Made by a program: the position numbers and the translations under genes | Notes under the pieces: generated by a model | Database searches by the model: none | Told to the model about the DNA's origin: nothing | What the model saw: the letters and a program-made list of their open reading frames with translations, nothing else | From: Candidatus Woesearchaeota archaeon | GTDB taxonomy: Archaea; Nanobdellota; Nanobdellia; SCGC-AAA011-G17; JACPNG01 | Reading direction: 5' to 3' | Length of the DNA: 64,000 nucleotides | Assembly (NCBI GenBank): GCA_016185615.1 | Contig: JACPNE010000005.1 | Coordinates: 33,622 to 97,621, forward strand | Shown: piece by piece, positions 1-8,262 of the stretch | Layout of the letters: each line of letters begins with the position of its first letter | Position numbering within the stretch: the first letter of the stretch is position 1

Positions 1-567
1 TATTACCCTCATATAAATGTAACTCGTTCCTTAGAAAATGGAATCCATAAACTTGTAACTGTTCCGGGTTTTTTTAATAATCTTCCATCTTCCTTAGCAT
101 ATATATCAAAAGAAAAATTTGGAATACCTACACATTTTTTTGCAGATTACAAATCATTTGCTCCTTTATTTTTGGATAAAAAAACAGATCAGGAACCAGT
201 TAAAAAATTTCAAGAAGATTATGAAAGGGTAAAATCTTCATCTTTTGATTATGGAGATATAACAACAGAAGAAATCAAATCTAAATTAGAAAAAGGTCAT
301 CTCATCTCATTTGTTACTGGACAAAGTCCAATGTTGCATTATAAGATGATAGTAGGATATAATTTTCGAGGAGATAAAAAGCAATTTAGAGTTTTTGATC
401 CCCAATATGGTGTAACAAATATAGGAGAATCAGAAATTTTATTGAATATGAGAAATGATAAGAGTCTTTGGGGTGTCGAGTATGTTCCTCCAGAATCAGT
501 AATTTTTGATTCTACAAGAGAGTCTATAATTAAAGCTAAGGAATTATTAAGATGGAATCCTCAATAA
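1..567 (+). CDS. Partial protein, 5' end truncated by the window edge, with a C-terminal papain-fold/C39-like peptidase-type His...Asp signature
   Basis: Frame 1 is open from nt 1, with no stop before the TTG at 172 chosen by the ORF caller, so the gene begins upstream of the window. C-terminal LHYKMIVGY...FRVFDP resembles the His and Asp strands of C39/BtrH-like cysteine peptidases. The catalytic Cys was not identified by eye. Confidence 0.35.
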   Translation, partial: YYPHINVTRSLENGIHKLVTVPGFFNNLPSSLAYISKEKFGIPTHFFADYKSFAPLFLDKKTDQEPVKKFQEDYERVKSSSFDYGDITTEEIKSKLEKGHLISFVTGQSPMLHYKMIVGYNFRGDKKQFRVFDPQYGVTNIGESEILLNMRNDKSLWGVEYVPPESVIFDSTRESIIKAKELLRWNPQ

Positions 568-1490
568 ATTTTTACAAAGAAGATAAGGAAAAAGAAGATT
601 TTTGGTTGAATAAGGAATATTTAGTTCAGTTAAATTTAACTGGAGATTGTCCACTCAGTTGTGAGTTTTGTTATATGTCCCCTCACAAAAAGGAATATCT
701 TTCTTTAGATAAGATTAAAAAATTATGGGAAAATCTAAGAAAACATTCCGAAGAAAATGAAATTGAGTATAGAGTCAATCTAACGGGGGGTGATATTTTT
801 GAGCACCCCGATTGGATAAGAATAGCAGAATTTATTTCTAATGAAAAATCAATTACTGCAGTAGATCCTTTAATAAATAAATTTTGGAATAAAGATCATT
901 TAAAATTATTAGATATTCTAAAAGATAAGATAAACTTTGTTCAACTAAATTCAGATGTGGTATCTGAAGAAGATATCGGGGCAGTTAAGAATATTGGTAA
1001 AAAAGTTGTTTTGAAAATTGCTTTATATGGGGGAAATACAAAGAAAAAAATTGAAAAATTAAGAAAACTATCAGAAGAATATGATAATATAATTATTTCT
1101 ATTGATTTAATAATTCCTCAGAAGTATAATCCTGGAAAGAAAGAGGATTATCTAATTTTTGACAAAGAAAAACTTAAAAATGAAGTTGAAAACTTAAGAA
1201 AGATTTTCGGTAAAAAACTTTGGTTGCTAAGCACAACTGTAAAAAGAGAGTATCTTAATGAAATTTATTATTGTCCAGTTCCTTTTGGCGGAGTTTATAT
1301 TATGCCTAATGGAAAAGTTGTACCTTGTTCTAGATATTCTCATTTAGATACAGGATTCAATATTGAAAATTTCGATTTAATCAAATATGTAAAAAAATAT
1401 GATAAACTTTGTTCAAATTTCTGTTTATTTGAAAATAAATATTTTCAAGAGTTTTGGGATGAAAAAGAAAATCCTAAAAACTTTTTTTGA
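552..1490 (+). CDS. Radical SAM enzyme with C-terminal SPASM/twitch-like auxiliary cluster domain
   Basis: CPLSCEFCY is a CX3CX2C radical-SAM cluster motif. C-terminal CPVPFGGVYIMPNGKVVPC fits CX12GX4C, followed by CSNFC. Overlaps the upstream ORF by 16 nt. Confidence 0.8.
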   Translation: MESSINFYKEDKEKEDFWLNKEYLVQLNLTGDCPLSCEFCYMSPHKKEYLSLDKIKKLWENLRKHSEENEIEYRVNLTGGDIFEHPDWIRIAEFISNEKSITAVDPLINKFWNKDHLKLLDILKDKINFVQLNSDVVSEEDIGAVKNIGKKVVLKIALYGGNTKKKIEKLRKLSEEYDNIIISIDLIIPQKYNPGKKEDYLIFDKEKLKNEVENLRKIFGKKLWLLSTTVKREYLNEIYYCPVPFGGVYIMPNGKVVPCSRYSHLDTGFNIENFDLIKYVKKYDKLCSNFCLFENKYFQEFWDEKENPKNFF

Positions 1491-1831
1491 GGCCAAAAAT
1501 GAGCTTAGAAGGAAAAATAGCTTCTCAAGGAAAGGCCGAAGCAAGAGCTTTTGTAACAAACAACCCCTTAGAAAAACCGCCCTTTGAAAATTATATTCTT
1601 GTAACTCAAAGTTCTAATCCAGAAATATCCCATCTTTTATATTATGCTAAAGGGATTATTACAGAAGTTGGTGGACTTATGTCTCATCTAGCTGTTGTTT
1701 CAAGAGAAATTAAAATTCCTTGTATAATTGCTTGTGAAAAAAGTTACAGCGAATTAAAGACCGGATACAATATAAAAATTGATGCAACATCTAAATTAAA
1801 TTCAAGAGTAGGTATTGAATATGATATTTAA
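1487..1831 (+). CDS. PEP-utilising enzyme mobile (swivel phosphohistidine) domain protein, stand-alone
   Basis: GGLMSHLAVVSREIKIPCI matches the phosphohistidine swivel-domain signature of PpsA/PPDK/rifampin-phosphotransferase-type enzymes. The real start is probably the ATG at 1499. Confidence 0.8.
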   Translation: MRPKMSLEGKIASQGKAEARAFVTNNPLEKPPFENYILVTQSSNPEISHLLYYAKGIITEVGGLMSHLAVVSREIKIPCIIACEKSYSELKTGYNIKIDATSKLNSRVGIEYDI

Positions 1832-2555
1832 ATTAGAAGAGGTTGTTGAACGAGAAAAAATATTCGGCAACAAAGCAAGAAATTTAAGTATATTGACTAA
1901 TCAAGGAATTTCAGTTCCTAGAGGAATAGCTGTTAGTTATGAACAATATTTGAATTACTTAAAATCAGGAGTCCTAAACAAAGATTTTGAAAACGAACTT
2001 TTTCAGAAATTGGAAACTTATTCAGAACAATTTGCAGTCAGATCCTCTGCTAATGTAGAAGATTCTGGACAAAGATCATATGCAGGGCAATTTAAAACGA
2101 TTTTAGACGTTTCAAAAAGAAGAATCCCTGAGGCAATAAAACAGGTTTATGATTCTGGAATTAACTTTAACTGTTCTTACTCAAATAATCCTATTAAGAT
2201 GGGAATAGTAATTCAAGAAATGATCAATGCAGAAATCTCAGGGGTTCTATTTACATATGATTTAATTAATCAAGATTCCAATTCCCTTATGATTGAATTA
2301 TCTATGGGTAAATGTGAAAATATAGTTTCTGGGAAAACAAATCCTTCTTTATACATTATTGATAAAAATTCTGGAGAAACTCTTCTTTTTGAAGAAGGGA
2401 GTCAAGATGTTTCTTTAACTGAAAGTCAAACTTATCAAATTCTTTCTAATGCTAATAGAATAGAATCTATCTTTGGAAAACCGCAAGATATAGAATTTTT
2501 ATTTAATTCAAATAAATTTTATTGTCTTCAGAGCAGAGATATTACTACAATATAA
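1815..2555 (+). CDS. PPDK_N / PEP synthase N-terminal ATP-binding (ATP-grasp-like) domain protein, stand-alone
   Basis: FGNKARNLSILTNQGISVPRG and FAVRSSANVEDSGQRSYAGQF are the hallmark motifs of the nucleotide-binding domain of PpsA/PPDK. The likely ATG at 1821 overlaps the upstream stop. Confidence 0.8.
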   Translation: MNMIFKLEEVVEREKIFGNKARNLSILTNQGISVPRGIAVSYEQYLNYLKSGVLNKDFENELFQKLETYSEQFAVRSSANVEDSGQRSYAGQFKTILDVSKRRIPEAIKQVYDSGINFNCSYSNNPIKMGIVIQEMINAEISGVLFTYDLINQDSNSLMIELSMGKCENIVSGKTNPSLYIIDKNSGETLLFEEGSQDVSLTESQTYQILSNANRIESIFGKPQDIEFLFNSNKFYCLQSRDITTI

Positions 2556-2556
2556 A

Positions 2557-3087
2557 ATGAAACAATTAACAGAAGAAAATGCAAGGGAATATGCATCCAA
2601 AAAATTTAAGGAATTGCCAGAATTAGATTTTAAATGGAATCTTATTCATTCTGAGGGAATTATAAAGATATTAAAAATTCTTTGCGAAAATAAGAATATC
2701 AATAAAACCAAATTATTTGCTTTAGCATGGATTCATGACATAGGTAAAATAATCTCTGAAGAAAATCACGCAGAATTAAGTTTAGAAGTATTAAAGAAAG
2801 ACTTTTTTCTTGATGAAGTTGACATAGATTGTATTCTTAATCATGGCTCTTTAGGAAATCCTAAAACTGAAGAAGGAAAAATTTTTAGATATGCAGATGG
2901 ATTATCTTTATTTACAAAAGAGGTCCTTATGTTTAGATTTTTTGCAGAAGCAAAGGAAGGATTTAACTTTGAAGAGATTAAAGAAAGAATTGAAAAAATT
3001 TACAAAAAATACAAATTAAATTATGCAGAATCTGAAGAAATTCTTAGACTTTTAGAAGAATTATATAAAAAGAACTTTTTTAAATAA
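2557..3087 (+). CDS. HD-domain phosphohydrolase
   Basis: WIHDIGK (H...HD motif). The start lies 2 nt after the upstream stop, consistent with the same operon. Confidence 0.6.
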   Translation: MKQLTEENAREYASKKFKELPELDFKWNLIHSEGIIKILKILCENKNINKTKLFALAWIHDIGKIISEENHAELSLEVLKKDFFLDEVDIDCILNHGSLGNPKTEEGKIFRYADGLSLFTKEVLMFRFFAEAKEGFNFEEIKERIEKIYKKYKLNYAESEEILRLLEELYKKNFFK

Positions 3088-3090
3088 AAA

Positions 3091-3106
3091 TCTTCTTTTT
3101 AGAAGA
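3091..3106 (+). terminator. Short hairpin plus T-run after the HD gene (possible terminator)
   Basis: tcttct-tttt-agaaga is a 6-bp stem with a T-rich loop, immediately 3' of the stop codon. Confidence 0.3.
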
Positions 3107-3225
3107 AAGAAGCAAAAAGACTGAAATCCCCGTTTTTTTAGAAAAAAAAGAAACACTAATTTTTTTGATTTAGACAACTTCCGCTTATGTTACAGTGTTA
3201 TATAATCTCTAGTTTAAAAGGCAAA

Positions 3226-3234
3226 ATATTTAAA
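3226..3234 (+). promoter_or_regulatory. Archaeal TATA box for tfe
   Basis: atatttaaa is centred about 29 nt upstream of the ATG at 3259, which suggests a leaderless or short-leader transcript. Confidence 0.5.
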
Positions 3235-3258
3235 CTTATTTTTCAAGAATAATAAGCT

Positions 3259-3762
3259 ATGAAACTGACAAATCAAGATGTTGAGGACTTGATGAGAGAG
3301 ATGTATGGAAAGGAGATTCTTCCATTAGTCAAATTATTGAAAGGAAAGAAAAACGTAAACGAATTTAAGATAGCTGAGAAGCTTGGAATGACCATAAATC
3401 AAGTAAGGAATATGTTCTATAAGCTACAAGAAAAAGGGTTAATTAACTCAACAAGAAAAAAGGACAAGAAAAAAGGATGGTATGTTTATTACTGGACTTT
3501 CAATGATAAAGAAGCAAGAGATTTAATTGTAGAGCACAGACAGAAGAAGATTAATGATCTTAGGAGTAATTTAGCTAGGGAGGAAGAAATAATTTATTTC
3601 ATATGCAAAAATAAGCACGTAAGGATGAGATATGATGATGCTTTGGAAAATGATTTTAGATGTCCTGAATGCGGTGAACTGTTAATAGAAGAGGATAAAG
3701 AAAAAATTCTGAGGAAAATAAGAAGCGATATTAAATCTATGGAAAAAGAGATTAATAATTAA
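3259..3762 (+). CDS. tfe: Transcription factor E (TFE alpha / TFIIE-alpha homologue)
   Basis: N-terminal winged helix (KIAEKLGMTINQVRNMFYKLQEKGLI...GWYVYYW) and a C-terminal zinc ribbon (FICKNKH...CPECG). Confidence 0.75.
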   Translation: MKLTNQDVEDLMREMYGKEILPLVKLLKGKKNVNEFKIAEKLGMTINQVRNMFYKLQEKGLINSTRKKDKKKGWYVYYWTFNDKEARDLIVEHRQKKINDLRSNLAREEEIIYFICKNKHVRMRYDDALENDFRCPECGELLIEEDKEKILRKIRSDIKSMEKEINN

Positions 3763-3764
3763 TT

Positions 3765-3792
3765 ATAGATCAATTCATAGTTTTCTTAATGA
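3765..3792. repeat. Left copy of a 28-bp direct repeat flanking the vapBC module
   Basis: tatagatcaattcatagttttcttaatg versus 4517-4544 tatatatcaattcatagttctctaaata, 24 of 28 identical. The left copy encodes the PIN C-terminus (KTMN*). Confidence 0.6.
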
Positions 3793-4174
3793 ACTCTTCA
3801 GGAGTAAGTATTTTAATATTCTTAAACTCCTTTAATCTTAACAAATGCTTATCTTGTGAGATTATGTAGTCAGCATTTCCAGCAACAGCAGTTTCAATGA
3901 AAATGTTGTCTTTCGGATCATCTTTAATTACTTCTATATTCTCTTTTGGTTCTACAATTGTAGAATTCATTATTATCAAATCAACCCATTCTTTTATCAT
4001 ATCATCCAGAAGTCTGATTTTGAAATCTTTTAATACTTTTATTATTTCTGATATCATATCTAACGAAACAATTAATATGAATCTTCCTTCTTTCCAATCA
4101 ATTATAATTTTATTAGAATCTCCTTTCCAAAATATTCCTGAAATAAAGACATTTGTATCCAAAACTACTTTCAT
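3770..4174 (-). CDS. vapC: PIN-domain toxin (VapC-like)
   Basis: MKVVLDTNVFISG N-terminus with acidic residues typical of PIN (TIGR00305-like). Overlaps the antitoxin gene by 4 nt. Confidence 0.75.
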   Translation of the reverse strand: MKVVLDTNVFISGIFWKGDSNKIIIDWKEGRFILIVSLDMISEIIKVLKDFKIRLLDDMIKEWVDLIIMNSTIVEPKENIEVIKDDPKDNIFIETAVAGNADYIISQDKHLLRLKEFKNIKILTPEEFIKKTMN

Positions 4175-4428
4175 ATTCTTGCTTTTTTTATTGCATTTTC
4201 AACATCAGCTTCAGATATACTCTTTTCTTTAGCGAATTTTTGTGTCTTCCTGAGAAGTTTGCCAAAGTTCTTGAAAGAAGGCATAGAAACCTTTTTCAGT
4301 ATTATTGTGTCTTCTTCCCCTACAACGACAAATTTTTCTCCTTCTTTTAATCCAAGCTGTTCTCTTATCTCTAAGGGTATGACTACTTGTCCTCTTGAAC
4401 TCATACTTGTTATTTCCAATTTTTCCAT
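4171..4428 (-). CDS. vapB: AbrB/SpoVT-family antitoxin (VapB-like)
   Basis: SSRGQVVIPLEIREQLGLKEGEKFVV is the swapped-hairpin AbrB/MazE signature. Lies upstream of and overlaps the PIN gene. Confidence 0.75.
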   Translation of the reverse strand: MEKLEITSMSSRGQVVIPLEIREQLGLKEGEKFVVVGEEDTIILKKVSMPSFKNFGKLLRKTQKFAKEKSISEADVENAIKKARI

Positions 4429-4516
4429 TTTTCGCTCCTAAATAAGATTATCTTACTAATAAGATTGTATTATATAAAAAGGTTGTGTTTTTAAAATAAC
4501 CTGAGATAATGTTAAT

Positions 4517-4544
4517 TATATATCAATTCATAGTTCTCTAAATA
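4517..4544. repeat. Right copy of the 28-bp direct repeat (remnant of a PIN gene 3' end)
   Basis: The reverse complement reads ...AGA ACT ATG AAT TGA, the same phase and residues (TMN*) as the intact PIN gene end, preceded by a stop codon. Confidence 0.6.
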
Positions 4545-4582
4545 TGATTATTAAGGATTGTTACTATCACTTAGTAGAAAAG

Positions 4583-4590
4583 TTTATAAA
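4583..4590 (+). promoter_or_regulatory. Archaeal TATA box
   Basis: tttataaa is centred about 25 nt upstream of the ATG at 4612. Confidence 0.5.
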
Positions 4591-4611
4591 TATAAAAGAT
4601 AGTATAGGGAT

Positions 4612-5703
4612 ATGGATAAAGAGGCTATTGGTTTATTAGAGGAGACTGTAGGAGAGGCTAGACTAGTTGATACTGGGTTGGAAGCATTAAAAGCATATGA
4701 GGAAAAAGCCCCTTCTTTTAGTCCAGAAAGAAGAAGATTTCTGAAATATTGTGCTGGATTGATTGGAACAGGAGTATTGTCTATTGGTCCTGTAAAGAAA
4801 GCAGAGGCTTTTTTGAATTTGTTTCAAAAAAGAGACTGGAAAGCTCATTTAATGGGACAAGATTTGATTCGTGGTCCTGGATTGTTGATTTGGAAGGGGG
4901 GGTCACAAGACTTTGAAAGACATTTATATCAGCCGGTAAATGAAGGGTATGGAGCAGTTGATTATGAGGTGCTAATAGGAACTCCAATCTGCCCAGTAAA
5001 CTCTGGAAGAATCTGGATCAAAAGAGAAGGTCGCGTACCTGGAATAATTCTAGAATTGCTTCATCAAAGTAATAAAGGATTAATTAGCAGTTCCTATGCT
5101 CACCTATCTAAAAGAATTATTGAGGAAAAAGGAAAAATAGTTGGACTTAGTAATATAATTGCTATGTCTGGTAATAGTGGCTATATCGAAACAGAAGAGC
5201 AACCGGAACACCTTCATCTTCAAATTTCAGATGTAAGGAACATAGGTCCGAAGAATGGTTATAAGAATTGGTATAAAACAATACCTCCTGGCTTAAATCC
5301 ATTTACCCTTGGAATAGATAGAGGAAAACCAGTTTATTGGGACACCAAGACAGAAATGGGTCCCTTCCCTTTAGATTCAAAGCAAATATATATTGAGAGA
5401 CTTATTGATAACATGCAAGAGCGAGTTAAGGAGACAGATATTGATGCTCAGACAAAAAACGAACTTTTGAAAAGAAGAAATCCAGAAGATTTGAGAAATT
5501 ACTTAGAAAAAGAAGTTTTAAAGAAAAATCAAGGTGCTGATGGAAAACTTAGTTATAAATATCTTCCAGGACATTTTATATATGGTCTAATGTTAGAAGT
5601 GTTAAATTATACTGCAAAACACGAAGGTATAGCTATGCTACCATTTCCCTACCCAATGCTTTTGGATTTTTATAAAAAAGAAAATCCAAATGTTTCATTT
5701 TAA
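4612..5703 (+). CDS. Secreted M23/LytM-like peptidase-domain protein with twin-arginine signal
   Basis: RRRFLKYCAGLIGTGVLS is Tat-like. YAHLSKRII...GNSGYIETEEQPEHLHLQI matches the M23 C-terminal HxH region. The upstream HxxxD position reads GYGAVDY, so the His is apparently replaced. Confidence 0.55.
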   Translation: MDKEAIGLLEETVGEARLVDTGLEALKAYEEKAPSFSPERRRFLKYCAGLIGTGVLSIGPVKKAEAFLNLFQKRDWKAHLMGQDLIRGPGLLIWKGGSQDFERHLYQPVNEGYGAVDYEVLIGTPICPVNSGRIWIKREGRVPGIILELLHQSNKGLISSSYAHLSKRIIEEKGKIVGLSNIIAMSGNSGYIETEEQPEHLHLQISDVRNIGPKNGYKNWYKTIPPGLNPFTLGIDRGKPVYWDTKTEMGPFPLDSKQIYIERLIDNMQERVKETDIDAQTKNELLKRRNPEDLRNYLEKEVLKKNQGADGKLSYKYLPGHFIYGLMLEVLNYTAKHEGIAMLPFPYPMLLDFYKKENPNVSF

Positions 5704-5742
5704 TAAATACATTTATATATAATTAATTATTCTACTATAAAT

Positions 5743-6102
5743 ATGAAAAAGAGGGTTAAGAATCTAAAAATTAATTATATAATATTGGTTGTTGTTGTCA
5801 TAATTTTATTGATTATTCTATTTAATATAAAAAATATTATAGCACAAAGTTCAAATTTAATTGTTACATTTAAGAATAAAATAATAACAGCTACTTATAC
5901 TCCAGAAGGGTATTATACTATTAGAAATTATGGTGGTGGTGATGGATCGGATGGTGGAGGTAGTGATAGTGCTGGGGGGGTTGGGGGATCAGCAGATAGT
6001 AGCGATGCTGGAGGAGATAGTGGAGCTGGAGGCTCTGGTGCTGGTGGTGATTCTGGCGATTCTGGTGGAGGAGATGGAGGAGATGGTGGTGACGGATTTT
6101 AA
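5743..6102 (+). CDS. Small membrane-anchored protein with Gly/Ser/Asp-rich low-complexity tail
   Basis: N-terminal TM helix (ILVVVVIILLIILF) and a C-terminal 55-aa GGDGSDGGGSDSAGG... tract. Confidence 0.4.
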   Translation: MKKRVKNLKINYIILVVVVIILLIILFNIKNIIAQSSNLIVTFKNKIITATYTPEGYYTIRNYGGGDGSDGGGSDSAGGVGGSADSSDAGGDSGAGGSGAGGDSGDSGGGDGGDGGDGF

Positions 6103-6197
6103 AAAGTATGGAAATTAAATATATTACTTCTATTTTTATATTCTAAACTAACTAATACAAGAGTTATATTTAAATAATATAAAAGATATAAAATCTT

Positions 6198-6887
6198 ATG
6201 GAAAAAAAGGGTGTTATATTTTTATTAATAATTATACTAATAATTGGCTCATTTATTCTTATGCTCCAATCCCAAAAATCTAATCCCGAGGAATTAACTC
6301 TAAGCAAAGAAGATAAAGAATATTTATTAGATTTAGCATATAAATCTATAAAACTTAATGTTGAGGAAAGTAAGAGATTTATTGAATTAAATCCTCCAGC
6401 CGATCTATCCAATTATAACAATGAAGTTTTTGTTAGTGTATGGTCTGATGGTGTTTTGAAAGGTTCTTATCTTGGGAATAGAAGAGATATCATGGGAAAT
6501 GTAATCACTGCTTCTATTGGAACTACTAAACATTATTTGGGAGGAATTAAAAAAGAAGATTTAGATAATCTTCATATCTATATTTATATTGTAAAAAATA
6601 AAAAATTAATTGAAGATAAATCATTAGAAAATATAGAAAAAGAGATTAATCTAGAAAAGGATTATACTAGAATACAAACTTTAGATGGAAAACATGCATC
6701 TTATTCAAATTATATTCCATCATTATACAATTTAGATCATGAGGAAACTTTAAGAAATCTTTGTTTAAAATTAGAAAGAAATTATCCTATTTTAGAAAGA
6801 TTTGATGAAAACTGCTGGAAAGATGAAGCATTTAATATTTATAAACTGGAGATGATAGAATTTGAAAAAGAGTTCATTACAAATTAA
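6198..6887 (+). CDS. Membrane-anchored hypothetical protein (weak AMMECR1-like pattern)
   Basis: N-terminal TM helix. VFVSVWSDGVLKGSYLG loosely resembles the AMMECR1 FVTL..G.LRGCIG pattern, with the Cys absent. Confidence 0.35.
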   Translation: MEKKGVIFLLIIILIIGSFILMLQSQKSNPEELTLSKEDKEYLLDLAYKSIKLNVEESKRFIELNPPADLSNYNNEVFVSVWSDGVLKGSYLGNRRDIMGNVITASIGTTKHYLGGIKKEDLDNLHIYIYIVKNKKLIEDKSLENIEKEINLEKDYTRIQTLDGKHASYSNYIPSLYNLDHEETLRNLCLKLERNYPILERFDENCWKDEAFNIYKLEMIEFEKEFITN

Positions 6888-8250
6888 TTTTCTCAAGAAT
6901 CAAAAAAAGAGTATAATTATCATAATTTTTATAATGTTTTCTTTATTTGTTCAATCTTATAATATTAATGCAGAATTATTGAAAGCAAGCTGTTGGGCTT
7001 CACCCCCACAAAATCCAGGATATGCTGATCCTAGATATATATGGACACCAGATAGGGATGGATTGACTGAATGTGTATATGATTTTGGATTAACGCCTGT
7101 ATCTGATACTAGGCCGGAAACAGTTACATTTAACTGTCCGGATAGCGTTATATGCTGTAGCACAAGGATTAATAGCGATATTACAGTTACCACTAAAGTT
7201 TTTCCTTGGTATAACATAATTCCAATTGTTGTACAGTCCCAAACACTTTCAAGATTTTCTAATTGCGGCGGAGGAAGCTGCGGATATTTAAACAGTTGTA
7301 CAAATCAATGTATATTAAAACCAGGAAATTCCTGTTTTGACGGACAGGAATCATGCAGTGGAAATAGCTATTTACTATGCTCATCATGTGGCTGGCAGAA
7401 TAGGGGAGTAACCCCTGGAAAATGTGGCATAGCCTCTAATTATGGACAGAATTGTAATCTAAATGCATGCGGACAACCAGGAGGAACAATACAAGCTAAT
7501 GGACAATGTTCTGGAGCAGTTCCAGCAGTTCCAGCAGAAGTATGTGATGGCAGAGATAATAATTGCAATGGAGCAGTTGATGAAGGATTTAGCACAGGGA
7601 CATGTACTTCTGGGGTAGGAGAATGTGCAAGAACTGGATCGTTTGTATGCCAAAGTGGAAATTCTATTTGTACTGCTGTAGCAGGAAGTCCTACAGCAGA
7701 AATATGTGACAATAAAGATAATAATTGCAATGGACAAACAGATGAAGGCTGTGATGATGACAATGATAACTATTGTGATGTTAATATTCAAATAGTTGGA
7801 ACCCCCTCTACATGTACATCTGGAGGGAATGACAGAAATGATAATGATGCTACGATTAATCCTGGAACCCAAGAGCGATGCGACGATAAAGATAATGATC
7901 AAGATGGCTCAATAGATGAAGGCTGTGATGATGACAATGATAACTATTGTGACTCTAATATACAAAAAATAGGAACCCCTTCTACTTGCACTTCATTAGG
8001 AAATGACTGTAAGGATGATAACTCAAGGATAAATCCAGGAGCTTCTGAGTGTTGTGACTTATTAAACCAATATGATGAGAACTGTAATGGCCAAATAAAT
8101 GAGATATGTGACAAAGACAGGGATGGAATAATAGATTCAACAGCGCCTTTATGTGACTCAAGCCAACAAACAATAGCAAAACAAGAGATAACCCAGACAT
8201 TAGCTATGGAAATAATAAATAGAATAAGGCTTTCATTAGGCATTAAATAA
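6862..8250 (+). CDS. Secreted cysteine-rich repeat protein (MopE-like putative metal-binding motif repeats)
   Basis: Signal/TM segment IIIIIFIMFSLFV. Repeated C-D-x-x-D-N-(N/D)-C-N-G-x-x-D-E-G-(C) and CDDDNDNYCD units. More than 60 Cys residues. Confidence 0.6.
   Translation: MKKSSLQINFLKNQKKSIIIIIFIMFSLFVQSYNINAELLKASCWASPPQNPGYADPRYIWTPDRDGLTECVYDFGLTPVSDTRPETVTFNCPDSVICCSTRINSDITVTTKVFPWYNIIPIVVQSQTLSRFSNCGGGSCGYLNSCTNQCILKPGNSCFDGQESCSGNSYLLCSSCGWQNRGVTPGKCGIASNYGQNCNLNACGQPGGTIQANGQCSGAVPAVPAEVCDGRDNNCNGAVDEGFSTGTCTSGVGECARTGSFVCQSGNSICTAVAGSPTAEICDNKDNNCNGQTDEGCDDDNDNYCDVNIQIVGTPSTCTSGGNDRNDNDATINPGTQERCDDKDNDQDGSIDEGCDDDNDNYCDSNIQKIGTPSTCTSLGNDCKDDNSRINPGASECCDLLNQYDENCNGQINEICDKDRDGIIDSTAPLCDSSQQTIAKQEITQTLAMEIINRIRLSLGIK
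7741..8059 (+). repeat. Intragenic tandem duplication, period 174 nt (58 aa)
   Basis: gatgaaggctgtgatgatgacaatgataactattgtga occurs at 7741 and 7915. The units continue with GTPSTCTS...INPG...E.CD in both copies. Confidence 0.8.
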
Positions 8251-8262
8251 TAATGATTAACA

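Noticed and set aside
5930-6118. An alternative-frame 62-aa ORF within the Gly/Ser/Asp-rich tail region.
   Set aside because: It is a frame-shifted reading of a GGT/GAT-repeat tract. The frame with the N-terminal TM helix (5743..6102) is more plausible.
7440-7902. Two overlapping minus-strand ORFs (107 and 147 aa) inside the first Cys-rich surface-protein gene.
   Set aside because: They are antisense shadows of a repetitive gene. They have no motifs and overlap each other in different frames.
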